The notes below the pieces were generated by a model. It was given only the letters and a program-made list of their open reading frames with translations. It searched no databases and was not told where the DNA came from. The translations under genes and the position numbers were made by a program. Positions 1 through 14,300 of a stretch of DNA of 64,000 nucleotides are shown piece after piece (position 1 is the first letter of the stretch; the number at the start of each line of letters is the position of its first letter). The stretch lies in assembly GCF_964204865.1 (NCBI RefSeq), contig NC_135250.1, forward strand, positions 20,770,001 to 20,834,000, in the 5' to 3' direction. Source of the stretch: Styela clava. Lineage: Eukaryota.

Positions 1-120
1 TGAGCAAATTTATATTTCTCGTTATTTATTGAGTTCAGTTTTGAGGCTAACAATTCCATATTCTGGTGCAGAATATTAACCAAGCATCACACCGACTCAA
101 TGTTTATTGTTTTAATACAG

Positions 121-285
121 CTGTCGACTGCAGACTTAGCGTGGATGATGTCATCACATTTTTTGGGGAAAATGTGCCCAGATTTGTTGAAGACCGTCCC
201 AAAATTGTCTGCGCTAGCAAAGAAAATTGAAGACTTACCGAAAATTAGTGAATGGATTAAGTCAAGGCCTCAAACCCCAATATGA
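121..285 (+). CDS. Terminal coding exon of a glutathione S-transferase (probably sigma-class-like); 5' exons lie upstream of the window
   Basis: Acceptor ttttaatacag ends at 120. Translation LSTADLAW...PDLLKTVPKLSALAKKIEDLPKISEWIKSRPQTPI* matches the GST C-terminal pattern (S/TxAD N-cap, P-x-L...I..LP.I..W...RP). AATAAA at about 659-664. Confidence 0.85.
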   Translation: MSTADLAWMMSSHFLGKMCPDLLKTVPKLSALAKKIEDLPKISEWIKSRPQTPI

Positions 286-1560
286 GCCGTTTACATCACA
301 ATTTGACAACAAGGCTAATTGAGTTTGAAATCATGCGCTGCTGCTGCAGATGAAGCCATACCTAGTCAATTATTATTCACGTTATGCAATACTTTGATAA
401 GAAAGCAAACAGTTTGTAATCTATTTGCAGCATGTTATAAAATGACTCATCATTTTATGTCTGCCTCCTGATTGGTTGATTATCCGCCGAGTTGCAGATT
501 ATATCTGTCTATGCGCAGTAAAATTGATTCTCCTGCAAACTGTATAGAAGCATCATGCCAATTTTATATTTATCTCCCGCCAATATGAAATGATTGAATA
601 TTTTTACTATGGATTCGTTTCAAGATTATCATTATCTTTCCATCGGCTAATTTAAGCAAATAAACTGCATCAAAGCATTACAATTTTATTTGTTCTACAG
701 CAGTATTTTCAATCCAGATTTAACAAATCAGTTTAGTAACGAAAAATTACAGTTATAGATTAGTGATCAGCATTAAGAATGATAGAATCTGGTTGCACAT
801 GATTATTAATCTCAATTCGATATTTTAACTGCTAAATATTGCACAGTCTCGATTCGAGTATAACTCAAGGTACTCAAAAAAAAAATAATCTTGTGCTCCG
901 AATAAACTAGCTGAATAAGGTAACATTAACCGTATAAATTTTACAGTAAGCAAGTAAAGCTAACAGACAAAGACAAACATTAAGTGCCAACACCATGGCG
1001 AAACAAGACAAACATACAGCAACATATAAAGCAAACGGATATATCAGCAATTTGACAAGTACAGAAAGCTCTTAAACCGAAAGAAAAATATTAAACGCAT
1101 ATTACAAAATTGACTGAGAAATAAGTCCAAATTAATCATTCATTGTATTTTGATATCGAAGAAAGTTTTGGCTGCTACTATGTCAAATTACGGCTATGCA
1201 TTTCATACTATTGCAACATCGTTACCTACACACATAAAGACGAGACAAGGACGAACAGAGACAAGACAAAAACACAAAACTAAACGAAAATTTAACATCA
1301 TATCCTTTTTTACGATATGTTACTTATTCGTGGTAATTCTTGTCCCGTCAAAAATTTGCATTAGGCTACAAATATTTCAATTTAAGATGATGTTGATGAT
1401 AAGATATATAACCAATAAAATAGTGTTGATAATAGTATTCAAATCCATGATTAATGTCCAAAAATATATTCATATTTGATTAAGTGAAATCATATTAAAC
1501 AACATCAAGTTTTTAGTTTGGTGAAAAAACGGTATGGCGTTAAATTTAAGCGTAAATTAA

Positions 1561-1691
1561 CTATACGATAACTATAGAATGACTACTGTGACTGACTATT
1601 ATGATATTTATGGCTGCTTGTTCATATTCTTCACAACGATGTGTGGAGCAACGGAAAAGTCGAACTGGCCGTAATAACTCGAAAGAGCATC
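1561..1691 (-). CDS. Candidate terminal exon of the EGF gene
   Basis: Good acceptor (ttttgcag). The phase-1 frame gives DALFELLRPVRLFRCSTHRCEEYEQAAINIIIVSHSSHSIVIV*, but other acceptors (e.g. near 2174) are possible. Confidence 0.3.
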
Positions 1692-1759
1692 TGCAAAATA
1701 TTAGGTTAGCGAATTAACTTAGTTAACTGCGAGGTAGCTTTATCTGAACAAATTATTAC

Positions 1760-2072
1760 TGAAGGGTGAACGAGAATATCGGTCAGAGACCGAAGACTTA
1801 TCGATCGAAAGTTAGGGGATCCCCAAAACAGCGCTCTTACTCCATAGTGACACCTTGTGTCTCATCACTAATTAATTAATAACTCGCTAATTATACGACA
1901 AAATTCAACCAAAATCAATAGGCTTTTGATCCGAAATATGATGAATGCATATGCAAAATTTGGAGCGGATTCATCCTTGCTTTCGTGAGATATCGCGTGT
2001 ATCTAACAGACAAACAAACAAACAGACAAATACCTATCAACATACTTACTAATCTTAAGATCGATAAGTATT
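1760..2072 (+). mobile_element. Helentron-associated (HINE/DINE-1-like) non-autonomous element
   Basis: Subterminal inverted repeat acttatcgatc (1796-1806) / gatcgataagt (2059-2069); core caaaatttggagcggattc...tttcgtgagatatcgcg; CAAA/CAGA microsatellite; 3' hairpin. Confidence 0.6.
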
Positions 2073-2226
2073 AACAGAAACGAACTACAACATCAAAGAT
2101 GTTTCAACTTTTATATCATAATATTCACGCAACTTGAGAAACCCGAAAAAATAATCAAAGCAATGGTTTTTATCTAGTGGGGTTGAATACAACAAAAAGT
2201 ACATGTCAAGAGTAACGATATCTTAC

Positions 2227-2388
2227 CGCACAAATACGACAATCCACACTGCACACAGCGTTTAATGCCCTTTTTATTAGGACATTGACAGCCGAGGTTA
2301 CGACAGCATGCGCAGTTCATTTTTGTAGGATCATGATTGCACTGGCAGTTTCCGGGAAGAGTCCATCCATCGAGAAAGTAGGGATTTT
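2227..2388 (-). CDS. Cys-rich module copy 2
   Basis: [54 protein letters not shown]; donor G|gtaaga. Confidence 0.85.
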
Positions 2389-5300
2389 CTAAATGCACCA
2401 TATTAATTACGTTTTTTTAAATAAAATATATACTATAAATGCTATTTTTAAGATTATTATCAAAGTATTCATACCGCATGCATCAGCTCCCTCAGTTCCC
2501 TTTATTTTTATTCCAATTCTTGAAACACAGAAACAATTTCCGTCGTTGTCACACTGTCGTGGAACATAACGGCCTCTTGTGTCACACTGTCCCCTAGAAG
2601 CGACAAGTTTTCCCAATTTGGAGTTGTTGAAAAAGCAAGGTGCAGCAATTTCTGTTTGAGGGAAGTAAATGGTTAGCAATGCTGACAATTCCTCTATAAA
2701 GAGTGAGCAAGATTCTTGAACTAATATTCTAGTATTCAATTTCATTCACAGGAAGACTATAGGTCGTCTGTTCGCGAAAAGTGTTCGACTGTGTTCAATG
2801 TCTCTCAAGACTGCTAGCGTAAAAGAACTGTTAGGCCTCGTACTTAAATTAGGAAACCAAATATGACCTCGTAGTTTAGCTTTAGATCATCTAAATTTTA
2901 TGTACCGCCGCGTCCTTGCAGCAATCTGTACTTCATCATCGCCCCAGCATCAGGAAAATATGCAAAATTGTCAAAATGGTAATTAAACTAGCATACTAAA
3001 CGTGAGATGGATGATTTTGATGATTTATGACGATTTGTGCAGACATGTTATAATTTGTGCGCTATTATTGCGATAACTCTGAGAATGCTCTCGTGCCCCC
3101 TAAAGACCTCTTCTGATTTTTCGCCCCGAATTGTATTTCTTTCGTCCCAAGGGGAAATATAGAATTCATTAATCTCAAGTGGTAGCAGTTTTTTTTGAAA
3201 ACTTAGTAAACTTAGCATTAGGGGCCTAGGTAATTGCTTTATTAAAAGTAATTCCACACCGTCGATTGAAATAGCACATGTATCCCCGTATCCGCACTGG
3301 ACACATCTTGATGGGTTTCTGCTGTCGCACTGGCATCCGCCGGGAATGCAGCAAGCACAATCTGTTTTCGTCGGGTCGTAATAGCATTGGCAAGTTTTTC
3401 GACTGAGAGTCCATTCGTCGACAATTTCTAAAATAAAACTTATTTATAATAACACACTTTAAGGATCGAACTAATTTATATACTTATGAATACTAGGACG
3501 ATTCGAATGCTGTTCCTATGTTACTAGTTTTTTATTTGTTACCGAAATTTCGACAAAATTCGAATTTTAAGGGCTCAGTACCGGTAACCGATGCAACTGA
3601 ACAGGTAATGTCAGTTGTTGTCTTAAAATAACTATTTAACAATGATGTGGAAAATATAGAAATGATGAAATTAACTTTTGGGTTTACTACATATACACAG
3701 TATCGAAGCTTATTTTCTTAATTTTATGCTGAATATTGAGTTGAATAAATTGCAAACAAAACTGACGTGAAATATTCAATTCTAATTCATTACTCACATA
3801 TATATGTACTATTATAGGTTATCGGCATTTGTCGTATTTATCATATTAACGATCTGATGAACATATTCGTTTATCAATACCGAATATTCGGAATGCTCTA
3901 AAATTATTGATATGATCAGCTTAAATGGTGCTGATATCGCAAAAAATTAAACGCCGCTTGATATTCGGATATAGATCGACTGCGTAAAAATTCAACTCTG
4001 TATGATACCAATATATTTACACTTTACCATAACAACTCTTGCCATCTTGCCAAAGATAATAATTTTCATTACAAAGGCATGTGAAAGATCCATTGTTATT
4101 AATGCATGTATGCTCACATCCGTGATTGCCGTCTTCGCATTCGTTGACATCTAAAAAGAATAAAATATCGCAAGTCATTTTTAAAATAAAATACCAAAAA
4201 AGATATGGGATTAGATATGCGGATGATTTTTGTATGTGTGTCTGCAAATCAGGCATAATTATGCACCAAAACGAAAATATGAGAAACCTGATACATTTGG
4301 AAGCTCAATATCAATTCTTGACTCTAACAGGAACATAATACTTCTGTAAATAACAAGAGAGCAATGCCCAAATATATGGACACAAAGGTTAAAACGTAAT
4401 ATTTCACTAACAATTTCCCAAAACCATATCCTGAACGAGGCTGTAACTATGAAACGGCTACCGTGCATATCAGTCTAGTGTAGTTGAGTACAACAAGCTT
4501 TCTAGTGAACGTGGTGTAACAATTTTAGCAGATGTTACAATCACGAAATAGAGTCTGCCAAAGTCTAGCGACGATCGCCCGTAATAGCGTTTGTTACAAC
4601 GAACTCACTAAAGCCAGTTTTTTTTCGTATTGACGTGATTGTGACGTCGCAGTGGCGTAATTTTTGGATGACTGAAAACCGCGTCTTCACGAATAAGAAT
4701 AAAATAGCGAAAGTTGGATAAAATATCAGTTCTCATAAGATCCATAGTAAATTTAGAAATAAATAGAAGGAATAGCCTTCTAGAGACAATAACAATCTTT
4801 AACAAATAAATATTTCTGATTAATTGGTCCAGTAGCCAGAAAGAGAATCGATTTTTTCAAAAAAACAACGAGAAGAAAAATACCAACAAGAACAATAACA
4901 TAACAACAAAACGATTCAAAGGTCCATTTTGTGTCCAGTAAATCGAATTTGTCCTCTGAATGGTGTTGAATATAAGAAGCAATCGGTGAAAAATTACCTT
5001 CACAGTTGAAGTTATTACCGCCGAGTGACCACCCTTCGTTGCAACTGCAAGAGAAGGAGCCTTCAACGTTATTACAGTTGTGTTCACAGCCATGTTCGCC
5101 AGAGCATTCATCCACATCTATACAAAAGTAAATTTAGAGTAACGTAACAGAACTTTACAAAACTTTTATGATTAGGAATGTGCGAGAAAAAGAAGTCAAG
5201 AATATGAAAACAACATATCGTTAGTGTTATTTTGTGATATTTGAGTGGTATTATCCAAGGATTCTAAATTTACAATCGTACCAATGCAAGTAGTTTGGTC

Positions 5301-8300
5301 ATCAGACAAAGCATAGCCTTCGTTGCACGAACAGAAATAGCTTCCTTCAAGATTGTTACATACTTGTCCACAAGGCGAGTCGGAGAAACATTCGTCGATA
5401 TCCTGATCGCAACTGAAATAGAAATCAATATGATATAAAAATTGACAGTATTTTACAAGAAATTATTAATTAGTGCCGGTTCGTATATGGAATTATGACA
5501 ACATATTCAGTGAATAATTGGTATTTCAATGACAAACTGTATTTATGTCATAATGTAAAAACTGTATCACGTAGTGTTTGTCTGGCTAATAGGCGATGAA
5601 TTTTAGCTTTTTATATATTACTGATACTTAATCCAATCATTTAGTATTTAAAAATACTTATCAAAAACATGAAATAATTTTTTCATTTACATAAGTACTG
5701 AAGTTGTCAATTTTATTTCAACTTTGTACGGTGACAATGTGGACGGTTTGTACGGTTACTAATATTTAGTACTCACATCCTGTGAGTGCAGCATTCTCTA
5801 AAATACAATTTACCAACTCATATGCGACTGTACATAATTCTGCACAAAAAGAGCAACAATTTATAATTAAAATTATACTCACGCTTTGCCGTCCCAACCG
5901 TTGTCACATTTACACTCATTCGATGTTTCAAGTTGCTCACAAGTTCCGAATTCACATGGGGGGTAGCATTTAGCTGTTAACAAAACCAAGAATAAATAGG
6001 AAGTTTCAATGTGCTAGCGACGTTGATTGTCAATCCAAATTTCTATTTTATGATCGGGCTTTAACTTTACAGTCAACTCTAAAACTTTTGGTTTTACGTT
6101 GTTTTGAAATTTTTTAAACAGAAACAATAAACATGTTTGTAACAAGTTGGAGTTAAAGCGTTTTATTTCGAAATCTGACTTCTACTGGATCGTTTTTAAT
6201 CCAAAAATGCAATGCATCTCATTGTTATTCGTAATTATACCGTATGTCAGTGGTCGACAAACTTTATGTACTTACGGGCCAAATATACATATTTCCGGTA
6301 GCGCGCGGACCGCAATATTTCCGCCTTCGAACAATCGCTACATTAGACTTCAAATTATGGCGCATTTGCACCTTCTATTATCATGTTAAAAGTCTGCAAC
6401 AATGAGGCGTGTATGCGGCCTTTTATAATATATTATCTAACAAAACATCGTTTTTATTCACTCATTATCAATGTGATGGATGATGTTTTTATGGCAACTT
6501 GCCCGCGGTACGTCGTCCAAATTACGATCTGACAAGCGAGTACGAAATTTATTCCAAGTGTAATGCATTTTAGATAAAGCATTATGAGCTTCCGAACATG
6601 CAGATTACACGTTTTGCACTGTCGCACAGATGAGCTGTGGCGCAGTCCCGGGTCTCGGGAATTTTCGATGACACGTTTCGTGACGAGTTTAACATTAAAT
6701 CCCTTGATATCTGCGATGCTGATTGGGCATATCGAGCAAACTGGTTTTGGAATGCGCAAAAAAGTAAAATATTTTTGCGTCCAAGCACTTCGGAATGTTG
6801 GACCGAACCTCGTCACGAACTTCCTTCCGCTTCCAAGACATTTTTAAATTTTAATAATCAAAATTATCTCGAACGACATACTACTGACGCTACTATTCCA
6901 AAACAAACGACGTGAAGCTGCACTTTTTACCACATAAATCCGTGTACAGACAATAATAAATTTCGGATCAATTTTTGTTGTATGTATTAAATGTCAGTCT
7001 GTTCAAGGGCCGCAACAAATTGGGCCACAGTTTGCCGACCCCTCCCACATGTATACAAAATCATTATTTCATTTTACCGCTCGGAATCGGGTCAAACTAT
7101 GCCATCATAAAAATTATGGGCGTTATGCAAGGATTCGGGTCGATATTATTATAATGGTACATACGTATAGAGCAGACTTCTCCGTGGAAATCTATCGTAC
7201 AGTTGCAAACATTGGGTGCGACACAAATTCCGTCATTCTGACAGGCTTCTGTGCAAATGGCTGAAACACAACAAAAACAAGTCATCTATCAGAAGAATTT
7301 AATAAATTCGAAAAGTATTTATCATTATTGTTGGCAAATATATAAAATCGTTTAACCATATTATTAACAAACTCAAATAAAAATAAAGATGACTAGAATC
7401 ATTTAGGATTGATGTATTCATTAAACTGATCAAAGTTATATAAAATAGATTCAGTGAATATACTCACGATTGCAAACGCGTCCCTCATCTGCACTAGCGA
7501 AACCATCACTGCAGGAACATTCGAACGAGCCTTTGATATTTGTGCAAATTTGTGCACAGTCGTGCGTACCAATTGTACACTCGTCGATGTCTGTAAGTAA
7601 TGAGTGAAAACACGTAAACAAAACGACTCAGATTAAATCAAGAGATAACTATATATCACGATTTTAAGGAATTAAAAATAACAAAAAGACAGAATAGTAA
7701 ACCGTGGAAGAAAAGACGCAACGTAGATTTATGTGGTTATCATGGTACCTTAACTCTTCAAATCGGTTGCTAGTGCACCACAGAAAATAAAAATAAAAAA
7801 CTAATTCACGATGACACGCAAAACTATGAAAAACGTTAAATTTAAAGCTGTTTCCGGCACCCTCTGGTGTTTATTTTTCATAAATTTAAAGGTGATTTGT
7901 CCAGAAGCGAGAACAAAATGGATTTCTGGAACATCAACAATAATTTAACAAAATGATTATAAATAGATCCCCATCATGTTGTACAAGTTTGAAAAAACTC
8001 AAATCACGTGCGTTCATACAAAATAATAAGTTTCACCGAAGCATTTCAGTTCCTCTGAGATATATCCGGCCGCACAAGAACATGTGTATGATCCTTCAGT
8101 GTTTGTGCATGTCTGATCACATTCGTGTGTTCCAAGTGTGCACTCATCCAAATCTAAATTTATTTATTTTATAAAAGTTATTTTTGGAACTTTGCTGATG
8201 TAAAGGCAATATTTAACGAGGTTTTTCCTAGGCAAGGATTATAACTATCCAATTTAATTAAATGGAACAGAAGAATAATGGTGGCAAAATTTATCAATCC

Positions 8301-11300
8301 GAAAACTGAATATTCACTAATTAGTAAAAGGTATTGAAGAGTAATTTATTTTAAATGCTGTGGTTTATAATTTGACATCCATATATTGTGGAATATTCGA
8401 AACGAAAATAAAGTGCCGAAAAAATGACATACAGTTGAAATTTATTGGTAAAATAGTTTATAAGACTAGAATTTTCACCCGATCATTTCCAACTCACAAA
8501 TTGTATATTTTTTTCAAAGTACAATAACGAATGTTCATATTGTTACCGTTACAGTTAGATCCTTCTGCTTCATATCCTGCTTCACAACTGCAGGAAAACT
8601 TCCCTAACTCGTTGGTGCAAACCTGTGCACATCCGCCGTTGTTTGTTTCACATTCATTGATATCTACGTTTTAAAAAAAAACTTTTTTTGAACCTGATCG
8701 AATACTTTTTTTCCAACTTGTGCATTTTGGAATCTGGAAGCACGAGGTGCAATGGATACTGGAACTCGTTATTATGAATTGAAGAATAATGTAAAAAATC
8801 AAACTTCATGAAATTATTGATGAGATGAATAATCGATTTACCCCAAAAGAGAGAAAAGTTATACGATATTTATCAAATATCGTCCATTGTTGATTATTTT
8901 ACAGTGATGTATATTTTTACATTTCGAAAGAATGGGGGCGAAAACATAGCTGTTCAATAATAATCTTCAAGCAAAAATGAGGTTCCATATCAAAATATCT
9001 CGAATCAATAATTTAACTTACCATGACACCTATGGTCATCAACCTTGTATCCGGATTTACAAGTACAGGTATAAGATCCTGGTTGATTTTCACAAGTTTG
9101 TTCACAATTATGTCCTTCTTTACATTCATCAATATCTTTAAAACAATTTTGATAGTATATATCATGTTTAATACCTGCTTTTCAACTTAAATAACCCGCA
9201 TGTGTTTACAAAATCTTTCATGTTTGCGTTTATTAAAATCAATTTCACTTACACGAAAAGCTTGTTTGGAGAGTAAATGTAAAATTCGAACATTAGTTTA
9301 ACTGTGCTATACAGCGGATGTATCGAGGAGTATTGGAATACTAGTCTAGCAATCAGCAATAAGTAAACGCTACGACTCAAACAATAGCGCAGAATTCAAA
9401 TTCAAAATCCAGGTTTTAGTAATGTTCATTCGAATTTTTATTTCTTTAGTAGTGTCTTTATGAGGTATATTCACTGGTGTTTGAAAATTTTAAAAGTACG
9501 GATAAATGGCGATCGCTTATTTTGCGAGACAGGTTATGAAAACACTCTAAAAATAAGCATTATAAATATTCTCATGGTGAAGTATAGAAAACGAAAGGCA
9601 GGGGAATGTTTTCCCGGTAAATATTTTTTACTTTTAATTATTAGCAATCTTCAAAAAGTTTAGATTTTACTTCTGACACATTGCGTACAATAATTATGTA
9701 TACTGAAGCGTGTTGTTTGTCAAATCAGAATCGAATGCCAATATCAAGTAAGTTTTTTGAATACCTGCACAATTTACTTTGTCAGACCCAAGAACGTAGC
9801 CTGGATCACACCCACATGAATAGCTACCAACTTCATTATAACAAAGTTGGTGACACACATTCCCTTCGCATTCATTACGATCTAAAATTAACAAAACGTG
9901 GTTATTATAAAAAGATATTTATTATTTTGAACTAAAATTCAAATTCTCCTTCTTGTTGCTGTAAAGGTATGCAACAGGCGTAGGACTATAGTGTCCAAAA
10001 TTACTTAGATTACAAATTAGGTCGTGGATACTACTAACATCCCCTAATACCTCGCTTACATAGTTGCTAGAATAAATTTAAATAGTACGACATAAAGATA
10101 ATTCAAAGAGAAAAATGTCCCTAACAACTACATTTGATTTGTTTTTACAATTGTAGACACAAAAACGACGCGTAACAATTAATTAAATTATATCAATTTA
10201 CCTTCACATTTTTTCTTGTCTGATGCCAAGTTAAATCCAACACGACATGAGCACGTATATCCGCCGTTGTGATTGGTGCAAACTTGGTCACAGTCGTCTA
10301 TAGCCTGAGCACATTCGTTAATATCTGAATAAAAGGTGACCTTTTTATAGTAGTAGACCAGTGGCAGTTTTTATCCACTCAAAAAATAATTTTCTGATGT
10401 ATTGCATTTACAAAACATGATAACTGCCTGATGGTCACGGTACACTCAGTGTAGTATGTTTGATTGTATAATAACATAGTTGCCCTGATTAACGAATACA
10501 CCAGAACCGTCTACTTTGAATTCTTTCTAATTTTACGTGTTATGATTTTATAAAAATACTTTGAACAAATAAAGATCAAATTACAACTCAGAAAAAATGT
10601 ATATTTGGCAATTATAAATCCTTTTCAAGTTTTATTTATGCTCAAGAAAATACTCAGCATACCATTGCATGAATGTCCGTTGGTAGCCAGAGTATACCCG
10701 GGGTCACAATCACATGAGAAGTCTCCGATCTCGTTAATGCATTTGTGAGCACAATTATCCAGATCATCTTGGCACTCGTCGACATCTGTGAATTGTCAAA
10801 TTGCTGTAGTTAGAGACTATACCTAGTTTAATAATACAGAAATGAATCGGATCATTTTATATTTCAATTCACGTTGAAACTGAATTATAAAATATAGATC
10901 ATCGTCACAGGCCCCAACAAAGACCTAGCAGCCCCTGTACCGCCACGGTACCCCAAACACAGGGACTGGTAAGTTACCGCATATAATTTTGGGAAGTTTT
11001 TTATGGGGAGTGGTAGACTGCGGTGCCTGATCTGGTAATACAGAAGTGACTCGGATCACTTGGTATTTTATTTCACGTTGAGACTGATTTATGAAGAATG
11101 TATCATTGTCACATGACCTGTAAAAGCTATGCCCCAATACAGCTACTGGTAAAGTACCACATGGGATTTTCGGGGAATAGGTAATAAAATATTTCGTTTT
11201 GCCCTCCGTGTCCACATATTTGAGCATTGTTCTTTTGCTCTATAATCAAATCTAACTGATAATTCGGCAGGCTTATCAATTATTCAATCAATTATAGATT

Positions 11301-14300
11301 CGATTTTAAAAATCTCGTCAAAACTATCATACCAACGCATTGTTTTCCATCGGAGCCTAATTTGAAACCAGCGTTGCAGGAGCATGTAAAGCTTCCATCA
11401 TTATTGTGGCAAACATGAGCACATCCATCAGTATTTTTTTCACACTCATTCACATCTTAATAATAAATACATTATCTTTTAGTACATGATTTATGTGAAA
11501 ATTTCTGAAATACGAATTCGGTATAATTATCAATAAATACATATTTCTGTAAATAAATTCTGAGAGTAAATTTTTCACACTTTTTGTTGTAAGCACGTAC
11601 AATATTTGGGTGGAAGAATTATTGTTTCCAATCAGAAAGTGTTATGACCCAAGTTGGGAGTACCATGCTACCAGTAGAAACTGATTAGCGCAATTATTAG
11701 TTCAACTTCCAAAAAAAAAAAAATATTTGTTCACAAATATAGGCTTCAATAAGTTTAAATGAATACACTCACCATTGCATGATTTTCCGTCAGGACCTAA
11801 AACTTTTCCATTTGGACAACTACATGTAAAACTTCCTACAGAGTTTGTGCAAGTTCCAGCACATCCATCCGTGTTAGCAGTGCACTCATTTATATCTGTA
11901 GTTCCAAAATATAAATAATGATTCACATTTATATTTTGTTTTAAAGTTAACGCCTGAATGTCACGCCTAAACCAGTATTACCATAGGAAGAATAAATTAC
12001 AATTGGAAGAATAGATGGTATCCTCTTTGCGACATTACAATATGCATTCGTTAACATCTAATTGCAAATAACTGTTAGTTTTTCTCGCACTAATAGACGA
12101 AATGTGGAATTTACTACTTTTTATAGCTGCTTTCCTTATCATTGGCTTCAACTATGTCACGCCTTTCTCGTTAATCAATATTTTTTTGAACATTATGCAC
12201 CTCCACAAACCTATATATTTTTATTATTTCTAGGGAGTTTAGTCGACGACCGCTGTTGTGCTCAGTGTTACGTCTTTTCACTTGTGTGTGAGTGTGCGTA
12301 ATTGAGTTTGTTCAAATTCTTTTAACAAAATAATCTCAATTCAATTGGTAAAACAGAAGTGGCTCGGATCAGTTAATAGTCACGTTAAAAATGATTTATG
12401 AAAAATGGATCATCGTCATAGGACCTGAAAATACCATAGCAGTACCTGTACTATCACGGTACCCTGGTATAGGTACTGGTTAGTTACCGCATAGGATTTT
12501 CGGGAAGTTGGCGATAAAATATTTCGTTTTGCCCTCCATTTCCACATATTTGAGCATACCACTTTTGTTTTATCATTCAAACCAAACTAACTGATAATTT
12601 GGCAGGCTGAACCCAATCAATTATTCAGTCAGTTTGTTATTAGATTCGCTTTAAAAAATCTCGTTAAAACTAACATACCATCACATCGTTTTCCGTCGGA
12701 GCCTAATTTGTAACCAGCGTTGCAGGAGCATGTAAAGCTTCCATCATTATTGTGGCAAACATGAGCACATCCATCAGTATTTATTCTACATTCATCCACA
12801 TCTTAATAATAAATATATTATTCGTTTAGTATATAAATTGAGAAAAATTTTCTGAAATACGAATTTGGAATAATTATTAATACATACATATTTCTGTAAA
12901 CAAATTCTGAGAATAAAGTTTTCTCACATTTTTTGTCATAATCATGTACAATAGTTTGGTGAAAGAATTATTGTTTCCAATCAGAAAGCGTTATGACCCA
13001 AGTTGGGAGTACCACGCTGCCAGTATAGAAACTGATATATAGACGAAATTATTTGTTTGACTTGAAAAAAACATAATCGTTCATAAATATAGGCCCATAT
13101 AAGTTTAAATAAATAAACTCACCATTGCATGATTTTCCGTCAGAACCTAAAGTTTTTCCATTTGGACAACTACATGTAAAACTTCCTGCAGAGTTTGTGC
13201 AAGTTCCAGCACATCCATCCGTGCTAGAAGTGCACTCATTTATATCTGTAATTCCAAAATATAAATAATGATTCACATTTATATTTTGTTTTAAGTCAAC
13301 ACTTGAATGTCACGTTAAAACTTATAATACCATGGAAGAGCACCCGAAAAATAAATGATATCCTCGGTGCGACATTTGTTTTCGTTTGTTAATTTAGTTT
13401 GAAATGAAAATGGCGAACTATTTTATAAAAGACATAAATGATCTCAGACTATTTTTGTAATCATTATATCGTAAATTATAATTAGCAAGTATCTACAGAA
13501 TAGTATGTTTTAAAACCGATATTTTTGCTATACGTTTCCATCACCAATAATGTCAATTACCCAATTGAAAAAAAAAAAACAGAAAAAATGTATCATTCCG
13601 AATACCATGGTAATGCTTTAATTGTGTTAAAATTCCTTGCAGAGTAGTCATATTCTATTTTAAACGTCGTTTCTATTCTTAAAATTTGTTTTGCATATTA
13701 TTTAGAACTAGTGCAAATATTCAATGACAACTCGTTATAGTTCATTAGTAAAATAATCTAATTTAAATCATTAAGATTCTGTTTCTGCCACTAATTTGCA
13801 CTCATTTGAGTTACAGATTCTATTCCAACTTTTCCCTATCGCAAGAACACGAATATCCTTTGTTAGAATTTTTGCAATTTTGTTCACACCCGTGATCTCC
13901 ATCACATTTGTTGATATCTAATTGCAAATAACTGTTAGTTTTTTTTTGCACTAATAGACAAAATGTGGAATTCACCGCTTTTTATAGCTGCTTTCCTTAT
14001 CATATTGGATTCAACTATTTTACGCCTTTCTCGTTAATTGATATTTGCTTGAACATTATGCCACTCCATAAACCCATATATTTTTTATTATTTCTTGGCA
14101 TTCTAGTCGTCGACAGTTGTTGTGCTCAGTGTTACGTTTTCTTCACTTGTATGTGAGTGCGCGTGATTGAGTTTGATCAAATTATTTTAAAGAAATAATT
14201 TAAATTCTGCAGCTTCGGATATTTTTTAACAATAATTTATTATTACATATAAGAAGACTCTTTAAATAATAAACCGCTACCATATAACTTAGTTTGTGTT

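Larger units (their letters stand above)
11035..14200. repeat. Intragenic tandem duplication of a three-EGF-exon block (about 11035-12340 vs 12355-14200)
   Basis: Near-identical exons and introns, e.g. 11333-11455 vs 12679-12801, 11773-11895 vs 13123-13245 and 12058-12340 vs 13918-14200. Confidence 0.9.

Noticed and set aside
1150-1479. 109-aa + strand ORF
   Set aside because: Low-complexity AT-rich sequence between convergent genes, with no recognisable motif.
3226-3424. ORF-track peptides MSTNGLSV... and MDSQSKNL...
   Set aside because: Wrong frames; the third frame encodes the Cys-rich module with matching splice phase.
6147-6915. Overlapping ORFs on both strands
   Set aside because: Within or overlapping a decayed hAT element.
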